NCBI GenBank assembly: GCA_041671325.1
Contig: JBAZBR010000001.1
Location: forward strand, 221,332-285,331
Length of the DNA stretch: 64,000 nucleotides
Direction: 5' to 3'
Origin: Patescibacteria group bacterium
Lineage (GTDB): Bacteria > Patescibacteriota > Patescibacteriia > PEXW01
Shown one piece after another: positions 57,098 to 64,000 of the stretch. Position 1 is the first letter of the stretch. Every line of letters starts with the position of its first letter. The position numbers were made by a program, and so were the translations under genes. The notes beneath the pieces are model-generated. The model was given only the letters and a program-made list of their open reading frames with translations, made no database searches and was not told the origin of the DNA.

Positions 57098-58384
57098 ATG
57101 ATGGAAATTTTTCGAAATATGTTCCGCAGGAAATTACGGACTTTACTGACTATAACCGGCATAACCGTGGGTATTTTTGCTTTTACAGTCATGGGTTCCA
57201 TGGCCTTGAGGTTTAATAAAATGATTTCTGGCGGGAAAAGCTATATCACCGGCCAAATCACCATTATGCCCAAAGGTGCTTCGTACATGAGCGGAGGCGG
57301 TTCTTTTTTACCCCTAGATACCTTGGAAAAGATTTCTAAAGTTGAAGGCGTGGAAGCTGTGGCTGGCGGGATTTCTTTAATGGTAAAAGAACCTGACCCT
57401 GATAATCCAACTGGTGGCGGTTTTGGCCAGCCTGCAACTATTGAAGGCATGGATTTAAAATCAGCTTATAAAAATCGGAATTGGCAGACCATAGCCATGA
57501 AATCCGGCCGCATGCTGGATAAAAATGATGCTTCGACAAATAATGTTGCAATTGGCTATACCATTGCTTCTGATGAAAAAATTGAAGTTGGGGATAAGAT
57601 GAAGATCCGTGGGAAAGATTTTAATGTAGTCGGTATTGCTGACCAAACTTTGACTGGTCCAGATATGTACGTTTTTATGCCCATTGAATCAGCCAGGGAT
57701 TTACTGATTGCATCTACACCTTTTCTAAAATCCTTGAAAGCAAGTTCGGAAGAGGCAGCTAAAATTTCTGATGCCGCGTTAGCCAAGTTGCCCCAAGCCA
57801 CGCGCGACCAATTAATCCAAGCCAAAGCCTTTAAGGTAGAAGATTTGAACCAAATGGCCGCAGCTTCTTGGAAAGACGGGCAAGATCCTGATGTTGTTGC
57901 AAATCGAATCAAAGACCAATTCAAGGATGAGGCATTGGTACTTTCGCCGACTAAACTTGGCGAAACTATTGATAAGGCTTCTGCAGTTTTTAATGCCATA
58001 ATTTTGGGTAGTGCGGTTATTGCGCTTATAGTTGGCGGCTTTTCCATCATTAATACCATGATCATGTCCATTTCCGAAAGAAAAAGGGAAATCGGCATCA
58101 AAAAAGCCATTGGCGCTTCTAATCGTTCCATTGCTTGGGACTATACAATTGAAGCCGGGTTTATAGGTATTGTCGGTGGAATTATTGGCATGTTGCTTGG
58201 TATTTTAGTAGCTACAATTATCAATACCAAAACTAAAGCCAGTGGCGCGGAAATTTTCCTGATTAAAGCCTGGTTCATGGCCATAGTCGTGGGTTTTTCA
58301 TTTGTTTTGGGTATCTTGGCAGGAGTACTTCCGGCCATCAGGGCATCCAAAATGAAAGTGGTTGATGCTATTCGCGAATTATAA
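57098..58384 (+). CDS. ABC transporter permease, FtsX/MacB-like
   Basis: N-terminal TM, large periplasmic domain, and C-terminal FtsX 3-TM bundle. Confidence 0.8.
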   Translation: MMEIFRNMFRRKLRTLLTITGITVGIFAFTVMGSMALRFNKMISGGKSYITGQITIMPKGASYMSGGGSFLPLDTLEKISKVEGVEAVAGGISLMVKEPDPDNPTGGGFGQPATIEGMDLKSAYKNRNWQTIAMKSGRMLDKNDASTNNVAIGYTIASDEKIEVGDKMKIRGKDFNVVGIADQTLTGPDMYVFMPIESARDLLIASTPFLKSLKASSEEAAKISDAALAKLPQATRDQLIQAKAFKVEDLNQMAAASWKDGQDPDVVANRIKDQFKDEALVLSPTKLGETIDKASAVFNAIILGSAVIALIVGGFSIINTMIMSISERKREIGIKKAIGASNRSIAWDYTIEAGFIGIVGGIIGMLLGILVATIINTKTKASGAEIFLIKAWFMAIVVGFSFVLGILAGVLPAIRASKMKVVDAIREL

Positions 58385-58394
58385 ATTAAAAAAT

Positions 58395-59072
58395 ATGTCA
58401 AAAATATTAATTCAAGCTAAAAATCTTCATAAAAAGTACCAGATGACCAAAAGCAACATTATCCATGCTTTAAATGGCGTGGATATTGAAGTTCAAGAAG
58501 GTGACTTTTCCGCTATTGTCGGACCGTCAGGCTGCGGAAAATCAACCCTGCTGCATATTTTAGGTTTGTTGGATACCCTAGATGAGGGCGAATACAATTT
58601 GGATGGCATCGACGCCAGGAAGATCAAGGGAAAAGACGCCAACCAAGTCCGGGCCAAGAAAATCGGTTTTATCTTCCAAGGCTTTAATTTGATTCCCACT
58701 TTAACGGCCTTGGAAAATGTCATGCAAGCCGGCAGGTATGGCGGCATGAACTTTAAACAAAGAAAAACTAGGGCAGAAGAACTTTTAGACATGATGGGCT
58801 TGAAAGAAAGGATGAATCATAAGCCTAATGAGCTTTCCGGCGGGCAACAGCAACGGGTGGCAATTGCCAGGGCTTTAGTCAACAAACCCGCTATAATTTT
58901 GGCGGACGAGCCTACTGGGGAATTGGACAGCAAGACTTCTTTGGAAATAATCGAGCTTTTGAAGAAATTAAATAAAGAGAATAACCAGACTTTCTTAATG
59001 GTCACGCATAATTTGGAAGTTGCCCAAGCCTGCAAAAAAATTATCCAGCTCAAAGACGGCAAGAACGCTTAA
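58395..59072 (+). CDS. ABC transporter ATP-binding protein (MacB/LolD-type)
   Basis: Walker A GPSGCGKST, Q-loop, signature LSGGQQQRVAIARAL and Walker B ILADEPTG. The track ORF starts at 58362. Confidence 0.9.
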   Translation: MSKILIQAKNLHKKYQMTKSNIIHALNGVDIEVQEGDFSAIVGPSGCGKSTLLHILGLLDTLDEGEYNLDGIDARKIKGKDANQVRAKKIGFIFQGFNLIPTLTALENVMQAGRYGGMNFKQRKTRAEELLDMMGLKERMNHKPNELSGGQQQRVAIARALVNKPAIILADEPTGELDSKTSLEIIELLKKLNKENNQTFLMVTHNLEVAQACKKIIQLKDGKNA

Positions 59073-59129
59073 ATAAAAAATGAAAAAGTCCCTAAAGTCA
59101 AAAAGGGGCTTTTTTGTTATACTAAATTC

Positions 59130-59579
59130 ATGAAAGCTAAAAATAAATTTCCTAGAGGCGTTGAGGTTGTTGGGGCACCAATAATAGAAAATAATAAAGG
59201 CCAGTTACTCTTTATCAAATCTCCAAAATGGGGCAATAAGTGGGTGTTTCCCGGTGGACATATTAAGGCTGGAGAGACTATTGAACAAGGGCTAATCCGC
59301 GAAGGTTATGAAGAAACAGGTCTAAAACTCAAACCCATAAAAGTTTTTAATTGGGGCGAACTTATTGAATCAAAAGAATTTTCCCGACCAGCGCACCTAA
59401 TTTATTTTGATCTTTATTGTAAAATGGCTGGAGGAAGTTTAGCCTTTGATAAGCGGGAAGTGACTGATTATAAATGGCTGTATCCTAAAACGGCTCTAAA
59501 GTTAAATTTAGAAAAAACTAATATTAGTTCACTAAAGGCCTTTTTGAAATATAAGAAGGTTTCAAGGCATAAGAAATAA
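59130..59579 (+). CDS. Nudix hydrolase
   Basis: Nudix box GGHIKAGETIEQGLIREGYEETGL. Confidence 0.75.
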   Translation: MKAKNKFPRGVEVVGAPIIENNKGQLLFIKSPKWGNKWVFPGGHIKAGETIEQGLIREGYEETGLKLKPIKVFNWGELIESKEFSRPAHLIYFDLYCKMAGGSLAFDKREVTDYKWLYPKTALKLNLEKTNISSLKAFLKYKKVSRHKK

Positions 59580-59583
59580 AATC

Positions 59584-61632
59584 ATGAATTTAAAGCCTTT
59601 ATTTAATCCTAAAAGCATTGCCGTAATAGGTGCTTCACATGACCGGAAAAAGCTTGGTAATGTAATTTTTCGGAATTGCCTGGCTTTTGGGTTCAAGGGT
59701 AAAGTCTATCCAATCAACCCTAAGTTAAAGAAAGTGGAAGGCCGTCAGGCATTTCCCAATTTAATCAGTTTATCAAAAGCAGTTGATTTGGTAATAATTG
59801 TTACTCCTGCACCCACAGTCCCTCAAATTTTGAAAGATGCAGTTAAGGCAAAGGCAAAGTCAGTAGTAATTATCAGCGCCGGGTTCGGGGAAACTGGACT
59901 GCGCGGTAAAAATTTAGAATCGCAAATTAAAAAAATCATTAAAAATAAGATTCCAGTTATTGGCCCAAATTGTTTGGGGGTTGTTTTGCCATATTTGAAA
60001 TTGAATGCTTCTTTTGGCGTGGGTTTGCCTAAAAATGGCGGGGTCAGTATTTTATCCCAATCCGGCGCCATAGCCGTAGCCGAAATGGAGTGGGCCGCCA
60101 GCCAAAACATTGGTTTTAGATCAATCATAAGTTTGGGCAATAAAACCATTTTGAATGAAACGGATTTATTAAAAACTTTAGGTGAAGACAAGGGCACCAA
60201 AGTAATTTTGATGTATTTGGAAGATATTCGTGAAGGCCGAAAGTTTTTACAAATTGCCCAGCAAGTTACCAAGCGTAAACCCGTGGTCATTTTACGAGCA
60301 GGCCGCAGCCAAGCCGCAGCCAAGGCAGCGAAGTCCCATACTGGCGCTTTAGCTGGTTCCAGCCAAGTCACTGATGCGGTCTTGAAACAAGCTGGCTGCT
60401 TAGTAGTCAATAATACGGATGAGTGGTTCACCTTGGCTGAAGTTTTTGACCAACCAAAAAAGCCAGCCGGTAACCAGGTCGCGATTATCACTAATGCTGG
60501 CGGCCCAGGAATTTTAGCCACTGATGCGGTTGATAAAGCAGCTTTGCAGCTCTCGCAATTTTCCAAGAAATCTGACAGTTCATTAAAAAAAGTTTTGCCT
60601 CCAACTGCTGCCCTACACAATCCCATTGACGTGGTAGGGGATGCGCCGCCAGAAAGATACCAAAAAGCTTTAAATATAGTTTTAGCAGATAAAGCCGTGG
60701 ATATGGTTTTGGTCATTTTGACCCACCAATTAGTCACCGATTCCTTAAAGGTCGCTAAAATAATCATTGCCGCCCAAGCCAAAACTTCAAAACCAATCTT
60801 GCCGGTATTTATTGGCGGCGCTAAAGTCGCCAAAGGCATTGAGGTAATGGAAAAAGCTGGTTTGCCGGTTTTTGCTTATCCAGAGCAAGCCGTGTTTGCG
60901 GCTGAAGCGCTTTATAATTCCAAATTTGAAAAAAGGATTCCAGTTTTGCCGCTTTTGAAATCAAAAAAAATAGTTACTATGTCAGGGGTAGCAATTTCCG
61001 GCGAAGCAGCGGCCAAGGTTTTGAGTAAAGCCAAATTAAAAGTTTTACCGACATTTAAGCTCAAGAATTCAGTTCAAGCCATCAACATTGCAAAACGTTT
61101 GCATCTGCCAGTGGTCATGAAAATTGATTCACCAAAAATTTTGCATAAGACTGAAAGCGGGGGAGTTCTGGTAGACTTACACACTCCCAGCATGGTGAAA
61201 TCCGCTTTTAAGAAAATGCAAAATAAATTCAAAACCGTCTTAAAAAATCCGGATTCTAATATCGTTCTGCAAGACCAAAGGTTTGGCGGTTTGGAGCTGA
61301 TTATTGGCGCCATCCAAGACCCGCAATTCGGGCCGGTGGTAATTTTGGGCTTGGGCGGCATTTACGTGGAAGCTATCCGAAAAGTCAATTACCTTTGTGC
61401 GCCTATGGATAAAATTTCCGCACAAAGATTTTTGGAAAATTCAAATGTTTGGCCAATTTTAAAAGGCGTGCGGGGCCAAACTTTTGCAGTGAATAAAGTC
61501 GCCGAAATTTTAGTCAAAGTCAGTAATTTCATTGCCAAGCATCCGGAAATCAAGTCTTTGGACTTAAATCCAGTTTTAGTCGGCTGTGACCAGGCATTTA
61601 TTTTGGATGCCCGGATTGAATTCCTAAAATGA
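59584..61632 (+). CDS. Acetyl-CoA synthetase (ADP-forming), fused alpha/beta (NDP-forming acyl-CoA synthetase)
   Basis: CoA-binding N-terminus SIAVIGAS..., succinyl-CoA-synthetase-like flavodoxin and ligase domains, and C-terminal ATP-grasp. Confidence 0.85.
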   Translation: MNLKPLFNPKSIAVIGASHDRKKLGNVIFRNCLAFGFKGKVYPINPKLKKVEGRQAFPNLISLSKAVDLVIIVTPAPTVPQILKDAVKAKAKSVVIISAGFGETGLRGKNLESQIKKIIKNKIPVIGPNCLGVVLPYLKLNASFGVGLPKNGGVSILSQSGAIAVAEMEWAASQNIGFRSIISLGNKTILNETDLLKTLGEDKGTKVILMYLEDIREGRKFLQIAQQVTKRKPVVILRAGRSQAAAKAAKSHTGALAGSSQVTDAVLKQAGCLVVNNTDEWFTLAEVFDQPKKPAGNQVAIITNAGGPGILATDAVDKAALQLSQFSKKSDSSLKKVLPPTAALHNPIDVVGDAPPERYQKALNIVLADKAVDMVLVILTHQLVTDSLKVAKIIIAAQAKTSKPILPVFIGGAKVAKGIEVMEKAGLPVFAYPEQAVFAAEALYNSKFEKRIPVLPLLKSKKIVTMSGVAISGEAAAKVLSKAKLKVLPTFKLKNSVQAINIAKRLHLPVVMKIDSPKILHKTESGGVLVDLHTPSMVKSAFKKMQNKFKTVLKNPDSNIVLQDQRFGGLELIIGAIQDPQFGPVVILGLGGIYVEAIRKVNYLCAPMDKISAQRFLENSNVWPILKGVRGQTFAVNKVAEILVKVSNFIAKHPEIKSLDLNPVLVGCDQAFILDARIEFLK

Positions 61633-61913
61633 CTTTAGATATTCCCATAAGCCAAATAGGCAACCCAACTGTATTTTTTTCCCGTTTGGGTTATCATCAT
61701 GAGCCCAATGGCAGTTTTGCCAAAAGGGTCAGCGGCATGCCTTTTCCTCGTTACCATTTATATTTTGAGGTTGGCACAGACATGGTACGCGTAAATTTGC
61801 ATTTGGACGCCAAAAAACCCAGTTACCAAGGTACCAGCGCCCATGCCGGGGAATATGACGGGGAAGTGGTGGAAATGGAGCTTACAAGGATTAAACAGTA
61901 CGCGGGAGTTTAG
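61629..61913 (+). CDS. Hypothetical 94-aa protein; its 3' end is duplicated at 62713-62742
   Basis: ORF overlapping the acs stop by 4 nt; ends ...TRIKQYAGV*. Confidence 0.4.
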   Translation: MTLDIPISQIGNPTVFFSRLGYHHEPNGSFAKRVSGMPFPRYHLYFEVGTDMVRVNLHLDAKKPSYQGTSAHAGEYDGEVVEMELTRIKQYAGV

Positions 61914-61951
61914 CGGGAAATATCTTGAAATTTTTTGTGAAATAAGTATTT

Positions 61952-62704
61952 ATGGTTAAAATCAATCGACAAACCTCAATTATAATTGCGCTAATATCAT
62001 TTATTATATTAATTTTATCTTTTAGTCTACCAGAGGAAAATGGCGCAATTCTCATGATGATTGGTATTTTAGGTTTAATAGTTGGTCTGGCAGTCGGTAT
62101 TAATTCTTCATGGAAAAGAACAATTATTAATAAAAATGAATTTGATCTGGTTTACACATTCCATAAGACTAATTTTATTTCGCCCATAAGCGTTATTTTC
62201 AATATCTTGAGCCTGCTTTGGCTGCTTATTGCCAAAATTCAATCCGGCCAAACTTTAGAAATAGCATTAATATTTTTTATAGGTTTTTGGCTTTTGTCTG
62301 CAATTGAACTTATTGTCAAGATTGCCAAACAGTCAAATTTTGATGGTTTTACATTTGGTTTTAATAAAGAGGGTATCACGTTGCTCAAGGGTGATTGGGT
62401 GAAAAAATATGCTTGGGAAAATTATAGAGGATTTAATACAGCGTACTCAACTCGCTACGGTGAATTTCTTTCGTACCTCCCTTATATCTCAATATTTTTT
62501 CACGAAACGGATAAGTACACCATAAATTTATTTTATTCGGAAAAGGGCAGGCAGCAGTCCATGGAACAGACCGCTCCGGGGTATAAAGTAAAAAAGTATC
62601 ATCAAATTGAAACTCAGAAAAATAACTTGTCTCAAGTAATTTCATATCTTAAAAAATATTTACCCCAAATTCAAAAAGATATTTCTTTGAAGGAACGCTT
62701 ATAA
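61952..62704 (+). CDS. Hypothetical membrane protein (inserted accessory gene)
   Basis: 250 aa with 4 TM helices in the N-terminal half and a soluble C-terminal half. Confidence 0.45.
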   Translation: MVKINRQTSIIIALISFIILILSFSLPEENGAILMMIGILGLIVGLAVGINSSWKRTIINKNEFDLVYTFHKTNFISPISVIFNILSLLWLLIAKIQSGQTLEIALIFFIGFWLLSAIELIVKIAKQSNFDGFTFGFNKEGITLLKGDWVKKYAWENYRGFNTAYSTRYGEFLSYLPYISIFFHETDKYTINLFYSEKGRQQSMEQTAPGYKVKKYHQIETQKNNLSQVISYLKKYLPQIQKDISLKERL

Positions 62705-62806
62705 ATATTATCACAAGGATTAAACAGTACGCTGGGGTTTGAAGCTAAGAAAAACCGCCTCCGAATTGGGGGCGGTTGTCGTTCTTGTTTTACTCGTTTT
62801 GGTTCA

Positions 62807-63070
62807 TTAGGCTTGCTGGAGACTGGCTTTGTCAGCCTCGGCGAGTATTTGCAGAACGTAGCCGGCACCAGCCAAAATGAGCGCTATTACGCCGACCATT
62901 ACGACCGCATGCCGGAATATCACGAGAATGAATTCCGGAAGCTTGCCATCCAAAAGCAGTGAAAGAGTCAGGACAGCGATGGTTGCCAAAAAGGCAAGGG
63001 TGCCGATGATATTGAGTTTCTTTGCCTCCGCCAAGCGGACAGGGATCGGCTTTAAGGTACTCAATGACAT
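62807..63070 (-). CDS. Small membrane protein (hypothetical); GC-rich
   Basis: 87 aa with two TM helices. GGAGG SD immediately upstream on the minus strand. Confidence 0.4.
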   Translation of the reverse strand: MSLSTLKPIPVRLAEAKKLNIIGTLAFLATIAVLTLSLLLDGKLPEFILVIFRHAVVMVGVIALILAGAGYVLQILAEADKASLQQA

Positions 63071-63207
63071 ACGTTCCTCCCCATATTAGTGTATTGGTGA
63101 TTTTTGGTTTTCTAAAAAAAATAGCACTTAATTCGTGCTCTGTCAAGCTCGTGCTAATAAAACTTTTAAGGATATTTAGCAAATATAATTTATGCTATAA
63201 TTTAACA

Positions 63208-64000
63208 ATGAAGCAAGTTACTAATCGTTTCACTTGGAAAATTGGCGGCGCGGCCGGGGACGGCATCATGGTCACTGGCGCCATGCTGGGCAAGATTTTC
63301 ACCCGGGCCGGGCTTTGGGTTGTGGATTATTCCGAATATCCATCGCTTATTCGCGGCGGGCACAATACCCAGGTGGTGCAGGTTGATGAAGAGCAGATTT
63401 TTTCCCATGACCAAGGCAATGAAATTTTAGTGGCTTTGAACGAAGAGACGGTCAGACTCCATGCCAAAGAAATCAGCCCGAATGGCGTGATTATTTATGA
63501 TGAGGAAAGATTGAAAATTTTGCCAGCCATGATTGGCAATCGGAACGATATTTCTTTAATGGCCGTACCATTTAAAAAAATTGCCGCAGATTTAGGCGGT
63601 AAGGATATTATGCAGAATACGGTGGCCTTAGGCGCTTCTTTAGGATTTTTAACAGCGCCGTTTGAACTAGTGGAAGACGTCATGCATGATACTTTTGATG
63701 ATAAAGGTGAGGCGATAGTCAAGATGAACATTGATATTGCCAAGGCGGGTTATGAATATGTTTTGAAAAATTTTAAAAAGGAATTCCCTTGGCGCATCAA
63801 ACCAAAAAAATCAGAAAAACGGATTATCATTGGCGGCAATGATGCCATATCTTTGGGCCTGATCCAAGGCGGTTTGAAATTTTATTCAGCATATCCCATG
63901 ACCCCAGCCTCATCCATCCTTTCCACCTTGGCCGAATTAGCCCCGACTTATGGGCACATTACCAAACACTCGGAAGATGAAATTTCGGCAATCAATCTGG
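63208..64000 (+). CDS. 2-oxoacid:ferredoxin oxidoreductase, fused gamma-alpha subunit (5' partial; runs off the window end)
   Basis: Gamma domain WKIGGAAGDGI...YPSLIRGG, then alpha N-terminus IIGGNDAISLGLIQGGLKFYSAYPMTPAS. Confidence 0.8.
   Translation, partial: MKQVTNRFTWKIGGAAGDGIMVTGAMLGKIFTRAGLWVVDYSEYPSLIRGGHNTQVVQVDEEQIFSHDQGNEILVALNEETVRLHAKEISPNGVIIYDEERLKILPAMIGNRNDISLMAVPFKKIAADLGGKDIMQNTVALGASLGFLTAPFELVEDVMHDTFDDKGEAIVKMNIDIAKAGYEYVLKNFKKEFPWRIKPKKSEKRIIIGGNDAISLGLIQGGLKFYSAYPMTPASSILSTLAELAPTYGHITKHSEDEISAINL

Noticed and set aside
59823-60839. 338-aa minus-strand ORF
   Set aside because: It is entirely antisense to the well-supported ADP-forming acetyl-CoA synthetase gene. Its Ala/Lys/Pro-rich composition is typical of a shadow ORF.

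Overview
The window is a gene-dense bacterial fragment, overall AT-rich (~38% GC), with several GC-rich islands. It resembles a CPR/Patescibacteria-type genome: many secreted repeat proteins, an archaeal-type UMP kinase, an ADP-forming acetyl-CoA synthetase and a 2-oxoacid:ferredoxin oxidoreductase. No other lineage evidence was obtained.

Recognisable content, in order:
- A degraded mobile-element region (DDE transposase remnant plus cI/Cro-like HTH genes) at 1-2.8 kb.
- A secreted BNR/Asp-box repeat protein.
- pcm, a mannose-1-phosphate guanylyltransferase, mltG and an archaeal-type pyrH.
- rplJ-rplL with a structured leader.
- An SOS-like module: dinB, lexA and an adjacent Y-family polymerase paralog lacking catalytic residues (ImuB-like).
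- trpS.
- A partial dcw cluster, mraZ-rsmH-ftsL-ftsI-murF.
- A DUF2207 membrane protein and a large S8 subtilisin-like protease.
- An asparaginase-family protein and an rmlA-like nucleotidyltransferase.
- pgk-eno-gpmI followed by a second, frameshifted gpmI paralog.
- An Ig-like protein with a C39-like peptidase domain.
- An orphan PpsR-like regulatory kinase.
- An AlkD-like glycosylase, a MacB/FtsX-type ABC pair, a Nudix hydrolase and an ADP-forming acetyl-CoA synthetase.
- The 5' part of a fused gamma/alpha 2-oxoacid:ferredoxin oxidoreductase.

No rRNA, tRNA or CRISPR array was recognised.

The most interesting pattern is a recurring insertion signature. At least three accessory genes sit immediately downstream of a conserved gene: trpS, a DUF2207 gene and a 94-aa gene. 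Each is flanked by diverged direct repeats of that upstream gene's last codons, its stop and, in two cases, its terminator hairpin. This suggests Campbell-type single-crossover integrations of circular DNA from related lineages.

Other leads:
- Candidate structured RNAs in GC-rich noncoding islands after rplL and upstream of a BadF-type kinase.
- Palindromic operator candidates upstream of dinB.
- A long perfect inverted repeat near 11.3 kb.
- A compositionally foreign gpmI apparently displacing a frameshifted native copy.
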